Source: Phoronis australis (Eukaryota > Animalia > Phoronida). From it: a DNA stretch of 64,000 nucleotides. Below, piece after piece: positions 13,713 through 26,874 of this stretch. The position numbers were made by a program, and so were the translations under genes. Each line of letters starts with the position of its first letter. Position 1 is the first letter of the stretch. Below the pieces are notes generated by a model, which saw nothing but the letters and a program-made list of their open reading frames with translations, ran no database searches and was not told where the DNA came from. Location: positions 1-64,000 of the forward strand of contig NMRA01000191.1 of assembly GCA_002633005.1 (NCBI GenBank), read 5' to 3'.

Positions 13713-13787
13713 ATTGGTGACGTCACCAATTCAGCCAGGGATTTCCCCCGTCCCAACACGCTTCCAGAATGTTCCTATGACGTCATA
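13713..13787. promoter_or_regulatory. Proximal promoter of receptor A: two full CRE palindromes flanking a perfect kappaB site
   Basis: attggTGACGTCAccaat at 13713-13730 (18-bp perfect palindrome), GGGATTTCCC at 13738-13747 and taTGACGTCAta at 13776-13787, all within 100 bp upstream of the ATG at 13695. Confidence 0.6.
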
Positions 13788-14211
13788 AAACTGATCATTT
13801 TGCTACTGAAGAAACTTTAGCGTCTAGAAAGAGGGACTCGGTAAAAATATGAGAGTACTCCAAACATTTTACAGGTTCATCAGTTGCTAATACGGATAAT
13901 TATAAGAAAAATGCACATATAGGCACCTAAGGTGACAATCTGTAACAAATTTCTACAAACGAACAATTTCACTAGTCAAAGATCGAAAGATCTCTCAGCA
14001 CAGTTTAAAGGGCGTAGCAGACAATATACAATCGAATAGCTACGGGAATGGGACTGTGGGTTTCGACGGTGCTCGACAGAAGCTTCGCAACGGGATTCAC
14101 CTACAAATTTGACAGGTTGCCGGCCGGCACACTCCGTCGACAACCAATAGAGCGCGATGAAATCAAACAAAGTATTGTGTTCGTGAAACAAATGCGCAAC
14201 ACCTCACTTAC

Positions 14212-14432
14212 CTTTAAATTTAACTAGGTTGCGTAGTATCAACTCAATAAATTAGTGGCCTATTTAGCAAAATTTTCATAAATGTAAGTTGCATTTCGTC
14301 ACACAACTCCAAACAAAGCGGCCATTGCATTGGTAGCGAAAAAGGGTCGTTCCGGTGCAAGGGGATTTCCCAGGCACACACGGGTACTGCTCTTGTCAAC
14401 AAGGTCAAGACCAATGAGATAGCTCATTGGTC
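14212..14432 (-). promoter_or_regulatory. Candidate upstream non-coding first exon and alternative promoter of receptor A
   Basis: Perfect minus-strand donor AAG|GTAAGT with the exon ending at 14212. kappaB site GGGGATTTCCC at 14361-14371. Inverted CCAAT pair gaccaatgag-atag-ctcattggtc at 14409-14432. Confidence 0.45.
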
Positions 14433-15583
14433 AAGACGTCATCGCCGCGTCTCAGCGGGACTCTGAATCGGTGTTTCACAAAAAATCTACTCTTAACGAG
14501 ATTGTTACATGATTTCATAGCTTTAAAAATATGTTTTAAAGAATTTGGCTTGAAAACGTGGCCTTGTTTACCCACTACGCTAGAGCCTGCTGTGACTCAG
14601 TGTTTTCGGCTCACTTGTCGTTGTTGGGGCGCGTTTATTTTCATAGCAACATTTTGAATCGCGCACCGCTGACATTTCTACGATGATTTCCATAGGAGTA
14701 AACGAACATGTTTTTTATCTATCCCTGAAACGGCATTCCTGCTAAGCAACGTACAAAGATAATTGTCATATTAAATCGACTTCCAACCGGGAGAAAAATT
14801 GTGTACGATTTTTCAGTGCAATCAGGGGCACGTTATGACGTGGAGAACCGATACAACTTATTTAGTAAGTCCTCTGTATATTTGTTTGCAATATAGGGTA
14901 AAAGTAAAGTGGATATCACACCTCCAGGGTGTCAATTGAAAACTTCTACATATCAGGTATCACTTTAAACGTTTTCTTCATTTTATAAAAATAAATTTTA
15001 ATGACACTCTTTTCGCTTCATTTTTGTTAAAAGCTTCATTTTCACATTCAGTCTTGTCGTATGAGCGGAAACACCGGGAAACCACTGATTTCACGTAAAT
15101 GCAAAACGTGCTCGGAGATTTAATTGCCGATTTATCGCAAAACATTGTTAGATGTGTGCATCTTTTTCATGTTTTTAGAAAGTTTAGCTATCCAAGAAAT
15201 TGTGTAGCTTAGTGTGTATGTCTTACGTGATTGTTTGAAATAATGGTCTTTGGCCTTCCTCGATCGCGTTTTGATTTTTCCCAGAACAACTACAGTAATT
15301 CGGTGGCAATAAGTGACACAGAAATATTATACTCATATTTCATGCCAAAACATCTCAATCTTGGTAATATTTCATGAAAGCAAACTAGAAGAATGCTTTG
15401 ATCATAAATATTCAATGCAAACAATAATAACGGAGTGTTTGCAAATTAAACACAAACATTTGCTCTCCTCTCAGAAGCAGATGTATAGGCGCATGTCTTG
15501 CTGTGAATGCAGACATACATATTGTGCAAAACAATTTCACGAGGTTCACTGGTTTGACAATCCATTTCTAGATTACAAATCAG

Positions 15584-16092
15584 GGCCCGGGGTTCTAATC
15601 TTTTTACTCGAAATGGAACTCGAAATTGTGTTTGGCATTTTCTACTCTACTTGTCTGTGCGAACTCAAGATAAATATACATTATTGCATGGCGAAGTCGT
15701 TATGCCCGGTAATCTAGAGCCCGAGTGGATTTTGGAGAATGATCGCCCGAGGGGCGTTAGCCCCGAGGGTGATAATTCTACATATATTTATTCTATTCTT
15801 GAGTACATGATGACTTTCGTGAATAATTATAATTTTAGTCCTAGTTTGCTGTTGATAAACCCAACATTAAGGCTAAAAGTTCGAGTTTGACCTCAAAATT
15901 TCGAATTTTTACTCGAGTTTGTAGCAAGGATATAAGAATCATCAAGTGCAAACTTGGACTAGAAACTCATACGCGTAAACTATTCAAGCACAGTCTAATT
16001 ACTACTTACCTTGAGTTCGCACAAAAGTAGCAGAGAAACTGACAAAAATAATTTAAAATTCGTTTCGAGTACAAAGAATCAGAATCTGGCCC
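15584..16092. mobile_element. PIF/Harbinger-like MITE (~510 bp)
   Basis: Imperfect ~30-bp TIRs (ggcccggggttctaatctttttactcgaaa / tttcgagtacaaagaatcagaatctggccc) flanked by CAG on both sides (3-bp TSD). Internal GC hairpin at 15742-15773. Confidence 0.55.
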
Positions 16093-19000
16093 CAGTTATG
16101 ACATACTGTTATGCTACACTTATTTGTGAAGTTTTGTGTACTTTCACTCGTAGGAATAACAGTGATTGACTATAAGTTGCTGGACCAGTGTTCGTAATGG
16201 CGAATAAGTCGGCTGCAATTCAAATTTAAGCCAGATTGTGCATGTTATACATGGAAATGAATTACGATATTTTTATTTCGGTTCACAAAATTCCACAAAG
16301 ACACGTATTCCCTAACAATAATCGTGGATCAGATGTTTCCACGGACCCTGATTAAAATTTCCGCGACTTTAGTTAGAGAATGGAAGGACACGTGGATGTG
16401 AAGTGTTAAATGGATCAAAGATCTTGATTCGTTTTGATACATAACATGACTTTTAGCTGTCTCATTCGCCCAACTCGGGTCCGACAATCATTTAATTTAC
16501 CCTCACGGTAAACTAGTGAAGTGCTAGCAGTTGCAACCAGCACAGGCTTGTCTAAGTGTATTTTTCAGCCCGTACGGTATCATTTGCAAGTCACTTAGTT
16601 GAGAAAATGAAAAAATAAATGGGTTTATATCCGAAGTATCGCTTCCAAGCATTTTTGTCAAACGGTTCACGCATGTACCTAATTCTAGATATAGGCACAG
16701 CCTCTAATATAGGCACATATGCCTAACTACACGCAAACCAGATACGGTAGAGACGAGACTGAGGGTAGGTCTATGAACTTGGTGTACGGTATTTCTGACA
16801 ATGTGCCCAAGACCGTATATTCGTAGAAGGCACATTTTTACAGTTCTGGCAGCACAAACGTAACCTCGGGCGTATTTAGAAAATGGCGACTATAAACGGA
16901 AAACGTTTAAGGTAAAGGTAATGTGTGTTCAATTCACATCATGGGTGACACTTTCACCCGAAAGGCCCACGATACACATTAGTAAAGCCCGAATTACTCT
17001 GCCAAACCATTTGGTCAGCGTCTGTGCTTATGTTTATACGTACGCCTTTGTTTCATAACACCAGGAATAGATTCTTCCTGACACAATCACAAACTCTTTC
17101 ACTGACGTCTATCATTTTGAATGTATCCACTGATAATCAACTCTTTGTTGCTTGGTTATTTCCTCCAGTAGTTTTCAAACAATAGGCCTTTGCACGTTTT
17201 ATCGTATTTTACGACCACTCCACACCGGCAAACTTGTGTTTGCACTGAAACAGGCGACCAACTTTTACTAACAGTTCGCAAGTATACCGTGCTATTTAGG
17301 CACATGGCGGTGGTTGTTTACGATTTTATGGACGCTCTCTCAAACTTCGACAACCTGAAGGCGTATTTTTTACTCCACTATGAGCAGCGAGAATGCAGAT
17401 AACCATGTGATAATGACGGCTCATTTTTCGACACTGGTCACGTTTGATTTTCAGGCAGAAAAAAGAGACCAAATTTAGCACAAAAACACGTTACTGTTAG
17501 CGTATCAGTCATTCTATGCACTAAAAATGTATGTATTTAAAGTCAAAAGCTCTACACGTTGAAAGATATGAAAAGATCCATTTGTTTTCAAGTAAATATG
17601 CATCGGGCACTCCTCAAAAATACGTAGGTCAAACTTCATTCACTAATCCTGAACTGACGCCTGTTTTTTCCAGATGGGAGTTGCGAGACATTGTATGCGT
17701 GTGCTAGCTGCCTGCGTGGGCGACCGCGAACTTTGAGCTAGACTGGTTCAACGAGTGAGGGTTTCATTGAAAAGTCTGAAAGCATGGTTAAGTCAACAAC
17801 GTCTACTCATGTTTGAGTGGGAGGAATATTTATTTTCTGTCGTAGCAGCGTATGAAAGAAAACTTACTCTGCAACTTAATTTCTTCACCAAGGACTCGGA
17901 CCATACCATGTACCACTGTACCACTACTTGAATGTCAGTCCTACCACTGAAATATTCGATTCGTATTCAGCTGTGGAACAGTTTTTCATTGCTTCACCAA
18001 AACAGAATCCAGCGAGAGAAAAGATCAGTAAAATTGTAATAGTTTGAAAATTACTGCCTTGGATGTGTTTGTGTTTGCTGTCAAATTATCTGAGCTAAAA
18101 AGCCATCACGTGGCAGATTATAAACAACTCTGATATTTTTGTTATGAATTTCCCAGCGGATGCGTTGCGTACTTTGTACGCTAATCTTATCTTCCAGTAT
18201 GTGTATTCGGTAGTTGAATCCTATCACGATTATGAGATAAAATTTATGAAAGTAATAGTCCTAATTCGATCTTCGTTTTTCGCCAGCTAACTTACAGGGC
18301 AAAAGATGCAGTTTTATTTCAATGAAGTAAAATCTGTCTTTGATACATTTCTTCGTTTTGATTGATATCGTTCAATTTTTCTGAGTCAGCTGTGAAATTT
18401 AAAAACATTACTTGTAGATCGCACGTGCCACTCAGATTATGTGTTCTACGTTTGACACTTATGATTATTACTCTGAATATTAAAATTATAGACACTTGAT
18501 GTTCATTCTAGCGAACTGTTGTTTTCGAATGATCAGACATGTTTGAGAATTTCCTTTACATTTGTACTTTTGAGTATTTCTCTCGACCACTTCTCTGACA
18601 GCCGTTTAAATAGAACTTGTATTGAGTGCGTAATGACTAATTTAAAAAATTATTAATTATTCGTTATTAACTTTAGGGTGATCACCGGCTTAGTATTTTG
18701 TTTCATCTATTGAGCAATGCAACCGGGTATGAGTTTGCATAACCAATTAGAAAACGAAATTCGTTTTGAATGTCTTATTTGTCTTAAGTTAGAATTAAAT
18801 AACGCCATTTTTTGAAGTTTAGACATTGCATTTTTCAGTGTAATACTATCGAGAGAGTTTCCAGTTCTGTTTATGTCCACTTTCAATCTAAGACAATTTT
18901 TAATCGTTTTCAAAAAATCTAAGAATTTTTGTTTGGTTTTTGTTTTTGGTTTTGCCGAAATAATAAGATAAATCTTAAATTTCTGTAAATTTTAAGATAA

Positions 19001-20325
19001 AACTTCAATTGACTATATTCACAGAACACCTCTGTGCTTATTTTTCTGATGTCAAACATGCCTCACTGACCACTCTTGGTCTTCATACTTCCCAGATCTT
19101 GACCTGTGGACAGGTATCGAAGGAAAAGTTGTAATGGAAATTAGAGAAATGTCACATGTTACTTTTAGCCAGGCTCATCACAAAATTCAATTAAAATACG
19201 TCCATGAACTGTAGTGTACAACACATGGATCGAACATGCTGTTGATTGTTGGACAGCGCTCGGAAATGGACACTAAATGGCCATTAATCATGTGATTGTT
19301 GTCAGAAATAAGCTTTGATTTAGTCCACATACATTCAAACATATTGGTCTCAAATTATTTCTTCGTCAAATTAAACGTAATTTCATGGTTTCAAAAGAAT
19401 CAGCAATTCGTTTGTCAATCTTCGTACCACTGAACCTAACAAAATTTCAGGTCACCGCGTGATCTACAAATGTTATGGGCTTGGTTTAAATAAAGATACA
19501 AGGAACTATCAATTCTTTCTGAGCACAGAAAACACTTCTAAATTGAGTAAATAGCAAATTGAGACCATTTTTCTAACGGCAAGTAGCCTAAACCTAAACT
19601 TTTTTTGATCGATACCAAGGGTTTAAGTCAAAATTTAAAACTGGCACTGCAAAAATACATTAAATAAAACCCTCGGCTCTCACGATGACCGGCTTTTGAA
19701 TAACATCTGGATACATGTAAACATTCCCTTAGACTAAATTTATATTTGATAATTCTTTAAGACCCTGATCCTGTACATTAAATAAGATAGTCCAGATCTC
19801 TCCAAATACATTGTACATAGAAATACTTCTAACTCATTCAGGCTGAGGCTCGTCGTGTTTTATATACGTATGTCCCACCAAACATTTGTTATGGGAAATA
19901 AATTTTCATGACAATTCCTACCTACGATCTTCTACTGGTTCCTAGGTCAGATCAAGTTTCAACACTGTTGTTAGAGTGTCGTTTTCTAGCTGTTATTGAC
20001 ATAGTACGAGCTTGTTATCACTGAATGCATGTAACCCGAACCACAAGGTGAGCCAAAACGCACCTGAATTAATCACAACAAAAACTTTCAACATCGAAGC
20101 TTCTATGGATGGATGACATTTCTACCAAATCTACAAGAATGATGTGACGTTACCGTTTCATGATACATGTACACTCTAATGTAAGTGTTCACGATTTTGC
20201 TGCACTAGAGCACACTCGCTGTCGGCAAAAAGTTGTCGATCACGTCTCCGTTCGTCGATGCGTTTGTTCAAGCTCGTTTTCTCTGAGTGAGTGTTTCGTC
20301 ATTTCTTCAGTGCTGCATGCTTGTA

Positions 20326-21634
20326 TTATTACTCTGCGCGTGTAAGCGCAGAGTACTGTTGTTCCTGGGTTTTCTTCAATTTTATTACTCTGCGCGTGTA
20401 AGCGCAGAGTGCTGTTGTTCCTGGGTTTTCTTCAATTTTATTCTTATTCTTATTCTTCTTATTCTTCTTATTCTTCTTCCGACCAACTTTGAGGCTTATT
20501 AACTCCAAATTGGGTGCAGATACGGTCTTTAAATTCAGCATATGACTTTTGACAGTATATAAATTTTGATTGGTTATACAATCATGTTCCATATTGCACC
20601 GGAAGAGGTCGTTTGGTGCAAAGGTCATATAATTTTCAAAATGCTACTCCTCCTTCAGTTTTAAAGCTAACTTTTTCAAATTCGGTGCACAGGTATAAGT
20701 CAACATGACAATTTAAAAAATTACTTTTCTAAGTAATCGGGTCATCCAATCAGGTGAAATAGGTCAAAGGTCCTTAGGTGCAAACTAAAATTTTGAGCTC
20801 GACACTTCAAATTGACAGGTCTGATTGCCACAGGTAAATCAAATCGGAATCCAAAGTTTCAGGTCATTTAGTGCAAACATGGGGTCATTAGGTGCATTTT
20901 TCTTCTGAAAATTTGACCTTTTCAATCAGCAAGTATTCTGATGTGTCAACCGTTAGACAACTGTGATTCTCAGCGTTAAACACATTTTCCATGGGCTTTG
21001 CAATAATTCTCCTAAAGATGCTTAAAATGCACCGGATAAGGTCAATTAGTGCAACGGTCATGCAATGTTCAAAATGTTATATCTTTTTCAAGGAATTCTT
21101 TTCAATTTCAGCACACTGGTGTAAGTCAACATGCCAATTGAATACCCTACTTTACTTCGCAATAGGCCTAACCAATCAAAAAATAGGTCAAAGGTCATTG
21201 AGTGCAAACTAAAATTTTGAGCTAGAGACTTCAGAATTACGTATCTGTTTACTAAGTGCGATTGAGTTTGAATTCTAAATTTTCAGGTCATTTGGTGCAC
21301 CCATGGGGTCATTAGGCGCATTTTTCTTCTGAAAGTTTGACCAATTCATTCATCTTGTATTCTGAAGTGCTTAAAGTAAAACATCTGTGATTATTAGCAT
21401 TAACCGCACTTTTAATCGAGTTAACAATTACTCCCTCATCGGGGCTCATAATGCACCGGAAGAGGTCAATTAGAGGAAAGGTCATCAACAAATTAATATG
21501 TAATTTCTCCTACAATTTTAAAGAATTCCTTTTCATATTGGAACGGGTTTCTGTCAGTAACTTCTCATGCTAATTCCAGTATTACGCATGCGCAGAGTCC
21601 GTTATTGTCACGCCGTGACAATAATCTTTCTAGT
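20326..21634 (+). mobile_element. Helentron-associated (HINE/DINE-1-like) non-autonomous element with tandem core repeats
   Basis: 5' sub-terminal hairpin actctgcgc..gcgcagagt (duplicated as a 56-bp unit); (ATTCTT)n microsatellite at ~20438-20479; ~430-bp core repeats (tgcaccggaagaggtc-like motif at ~20595, ~21028, ~21452); inverted sub-terminal copy gcgcagagt at 21590-21598; 3' stem-loop ttattgtcacg-c-cgtgacaataa at 21602-21624; T-rich flanks. Confidence 0.75.
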
Positions 21635-24442
21635 TTGTATTGTCATGGTATTTCAAATACTCTGGCCAATGAAAATAAAAATCAAGCGAGTTCGAATCCT
21701 GGAAGTATATTAGTGCTCATTCAGTGTAGTCCCATCTTCAGCCGATAAATTTCAGTGTCCTCAGAAGTCTCTGTCAGTTATGTCACATAAGCTGTATGAT
21801 GAGTAGTGAATCCACCCTATGGAGCCACTGCGGATCCCTTTTAACAATCCACTTACTCTCTGGAGTCTAAGAAACTTCTCCAGCACCGAGACACGGAGCT
21901 CTACAAAACCGACCAATCCTTAGTCCTCGAAACAATAACACCATTAATCTGCTTTACTTTGAAATTTCAAACACGATGTCAGTCATGACACCACACAGTG
22001 AAGACGGAGGCATTGGCGTCTACTCATAAAAATAACACACTTGTTTACTTAAGTGTTTTATTTAAGCATTAAGAAGACTTCACATCTAAAAACAAATGCA
22101 AATTACAGCAGTTAAAATGGATAAAATAGAGACAGCAACAAGTGACTCGAAAAGGAACCAGGCGTGCGTTCCGGTAGACCTCGCTTCCAGCGAAAAAAGC
22201 AAAAACTCGCAAGCGACTTCGCGAGATATCGCCATGTATTGCAAGCGAAGCAGGGGGTCACACCAACTTCCTTAACGACATTCTTGCGTCTACGAATGGC
22301 TAGTCATGTAGTAAACGTTGACCAATCAAAATACTCTATAAATAGGTACCACAACCTTGACCAAATTTACAAAGCATGTAGTATAGCCAGCAAAAAACGA
22401 GATAGACTATAAAATTTCCAGTTTAAAATACAGCAGCAAAAAGTCAACAATAATCTATTTACAGTGGAAAAAATACCAAGTGCACATAAATAATTAATAT
22501 TCAAAAAATACTAAAAATTCAGTCACATAATTCCAACATTTAAGTAGGTTCCACAACCATAACATTTAGAAAGTCGGAAACCAAATGAGAGAATATATAC
22601 AACACCCTTCTTCCTAAGAAACACTTGAACCAAATTCAATGCTCCATTACCACTCTTTCACATTTTCTCATTAATTCTGTATTATATATTTTTAAACAAA
22701 AACATTCATAACTTTTACACTTGTACTTAACATTGTTCCGGGATCAGTATAATAGTCCAGGAAATTTGAAAAATACTGTTGTATCAACTGATGTTTCATA
22801 TAAGTACATTACAAAGTATGGGTCATCCTCATAACAGAGTAATCTCACCAGGAAATTCAAAATACTGTTGTATCAACTGAGATGCAAATGTTGCACAAAC
22901 AACATAATGTTCAGTACATTATAAAATCCTCATCACCATTACCAATGAATAACAGTCACACTGTGTCACTGATAACAATTATGCAATACTGCATATGGCA
23001 CAATATAATACATACATGTGCATGTATCCAGTGTAAATCTGGCAGACAAGAAGACAGAAACATCAAGAATGACGTGTGATTAGTCAGGGTTCAGCCATGG
23101 GGTAGGAACTTCCACTGTAAGCATGATGCACACATAACAAACATATGCATCCTACAGTTTGTGCCACTAAAAAATCACTTTTTATCAAAAAATGAGCTCA
23201 AGAACCTTTCTTTTCTTGAAATTTCAACGAGAGCAATTTATGGTTATGACATTCCGTTTCAGACACAATATGGTGGGCAGGTGAAATTTCATTTTGTTGG
23301 TCAAATTTTTCAACTAAATAACATTTCAGGAAACCTTACATTACTTTTAGCATGGTTTGTGTGGCGCAGCTATTACCAAACAACCCAAGGTAAATTTTTT
23401 AGCATTTGCAACCATGTGGTAAGGCTCTGACAAATAAAAATGTGGCAATTTTGGCGATTGATCTTTTCTCAAATTGAAGAATTTTTACCGTAATAATGCG
23501 TGGCACATCTCCCCACACCTACTCAATAGGAGTATTCCCCTGAGTTAAACACTAACTTCTGGCTCTTCTGTATCTTCATCTGATCTTAGACTGTGGCACA
23601 CAATCTATGATCTGATCTACTTGTTGACTAAGATTATACAACTAGATTAAACTTTTCTTTTATATTTTTTTCTTCAAATTTTTCACTTTTCAGTGATTAG
23701 AAGTTAATTCTTGAAAAGTCTGTCTTTTCCTCCAGCTCCTAACTCTTCCTCCATATCATTTTGGTTTCTATAGAAACGATTCTGCATACACATCAATGTG
23801 AACAAATACAAGTATCAGAGGCCAAGAGCCTAAATATACAAATAAACGCTCATACCTGATATTCATTACAAGATTCTGAAGTTTGCTGAGCAAAAACTGA
23901 TTTAGGTACTACAAAACTTTCATTCGTTCTTTAACAAGTACAGAAGTGAAAAATAGGCTACAGATTTTCAGTTCTTAAAAGGACATTATGCAAATGAGTT
24001 ACACTGGAATGTCTCATAATCTAACACCAACGGATCTAAAACGTTAGCGGAGATTTCAGAGTCAAAATAGATGAACTCTTGGTTTCCACATGGTCATATA
24101 ACAGTAAGTCATTCAACTACTGAAATGTTACTTCAGAACAGAGGGGGACTACATTTTTGACGACAGGTAGAGAGTAAATCTTGAAAATCATTATACAGAA
24201 AGTGAACTTGATGAAAGGGACAAATTTGTAGTACCCTTCCAAAAAGTTACCCTTTCATATAAGATTATGGTCCACGACCACCATACTTTTGAAGGGATCA
24301 ATTTCACATCAACCTTTTCGTAGGTTGACAGCTGAATTTTCAACTGATCTACTTAGCCTGAACGAGTACAAGAAGACACAAAGCTCAGTGAAATTTTGTC
24401 TACAACTTTGGCTGTCCATTTGGCTGTCAGCAGTGATGGTCC

Positions 24443-26834
24443 CTAATTTTCAGCAGGCTGTCGTGTAGTCGGTGATGCAATGGCTTTTGGCCTGGTTTCC
24501 ATGCCCTCACCTGATTCCTGTAACAAGAAAATTTTACATTTATTATCAGTTGAAAAGCACCTGTACAGAGAGAGATTTTCACCACCGAGATTGAACAATA
24601 ATTATAGCCACACTTTTGACAACATAAGTTTGTAAGGCCTTTGATAAATTCTAATATGGCATATATTTCTACAAATAAACAAGCATTGTTCAAATTGACA
24701 AGATGAGAACAAAAATTTTGTCAATAGTGTTTTTTATGAATTAATGTTGGAGCTCAGCAAACCTCTCCATCCCTTTTGTTGGGTACCAAAAAGTCAAATG
24801 TATTCCCCATGAAAGACATTTGAAAACCTGCTGTTGTACAGTTTTTTGCAAATGATCAAATCAAGCTACTATTGACAAGATTAGCCCTCAACAGTAATGA
24901 AAATTATTAGGTCGTCATTTGCAGCCTGGTCAAAATCTAGCTCGCAATTTCGAAAACCACTTCACATACAGATCTCAAGACATCAAATCTTGATGACCAA
25001 GAAATTTGTTGGAACAACTTTTCAATTCATCTAAAAATGCTGTGTGGCATTTTCGCGTGCTGTGAATCAGCCAATTGGCCAGAATCTCAGGTCATATTTC
25101 TAAATTTCAGGTCTCAAATGGGACCTGTAGCTCATGTCAAGCCTTGAACGTTATGACTCAACTGAACCTAAATCATCGTGTAAAAAGTGCTATTATCAGA
25201 CCACGTTTTATACTGACCTGACAGACTCTTTCGTTACTACCATTAGGAGAAGGACTGAATCCAGAGTCTGACTCAGAGTGATTGTCTTTCATTGATTCTT
25301 GAACAGCATCAGTCAGGGGTTCGACCTCTGCAAGCTCCACTATACAGTAGACAAATAATACAGTCTGAATAGGTATGATTCTGACATGCTTGCTCAGAGA
25401 TATAAGATGGTACATTTCATCCTAGGGCAAAAGCCGTCTGTAAAATGTATTATGCATACCTAAAGGGGAATTAAAAATTCTGGTTCAGGGCCCTCCACCA
25501 CCTGAAGGGAAGGTGCCTGTGCCTTATGAACTGGGAATTTTTTTGGTGGAGGTGAAAGCGGGAAATTTTCCACCTCAGTCACCACCAATTTCACCCCTTG
25601 GTGGTCACTCCTCATCGACAGTGCCTCAAGTAGCCAAGTTTGCAAAGTGATTCTAACCTTAAGGGTAATATTCAATCATGGGAGGGAATTGTTCAGCCTG
25701 ATGGGATCGGAATTTAAATACTTTTCATGGTTAAACTAGGCTCAACATTGAGAGCCTGGAGGTTTCACTTGAATTTTGCTCACAGATTTCAAATTATCAA
25801 ACAAACCAAAACCGTTCAACTAATAGAGAAGTAAAGCGTTTAGCTACTGATTTCCAGGAAATTGCATGAAATCTATGTGTTTGTGTTCAGCAAAAATTGG
25901 TAAGAAACTGTGCATTCACCCCAAGATGAATGAAGTTCAACACTGTTCAAAGAAATTAGGCACTCAACAAATGTAAAAATATGCAGCTTCACTGTTTCAG
26001 TGATCCAGGGCCTCGTTCCAAGAAAACTGACTTAGCCAAGACAGATCTTAACTTTCAGTCAATTTTAAGGTAAGACTTAAATCTGTCTCAAGATCATTTC
26101 AATATTTAAGTTCGACTTAGGTTTTGGACTGAAGTTTTGTCTTAATTTTGATTATTTTATCAGATGTACTAGAAGTTTCAAAGTTCGGAATTTGTGAGAC
26201 ATGACAAATCTTAGACTTGAGTCAAAAATGAACTTAAGTCAGTTTCTTGGAACGGACCCCAGGTTTTTAACGTTCAGTGGTGCGGTAATTTCAGAGCTAA
26301 TTGTTTCTGTAATCCTAGTGGCATAAAGATTAGTTGAGCACGAGTTTGGAATGTTTTAGTGGATATTTGTATCACAGAGATCCACTGAAAGTTGTTATAT
26401 GATTACATTGATACAATATGTAAACACGAAGACTAGATTTAATTGTAGACAACAAACAGCTTGTAGCAAAACACTAACTAGATGTTGCTAGCAATCAGAG
26501 GATCATCCTTATTAAACAGACATTTCATTTTTGCTCACAACCTGATGAGACAAGTTAATCAAGGATAAAAATGATCTCACAAACAAACGTTCTATACTAT
26601 GATAGAAAATGATTTCTGTCCCCACGCATACCAATCAATGAACCACAGACAAATATGATAAAAAAACAGAAAATACAAATTTGACCCACAGGTCCTCCAA
26701 TTCGAACCTTAGGCTTGAGATCATGTGGGTCAATTGGCCCACAGCCACGTGATATTTTAAAAGCTACGCAATGGTTTGTTGTATGCTAGTATCTCACATA
26801 TACAGTTACACAACTCATTCTGGTTTATACCTAT

Positions 26835-26874
<40 letters not shown>

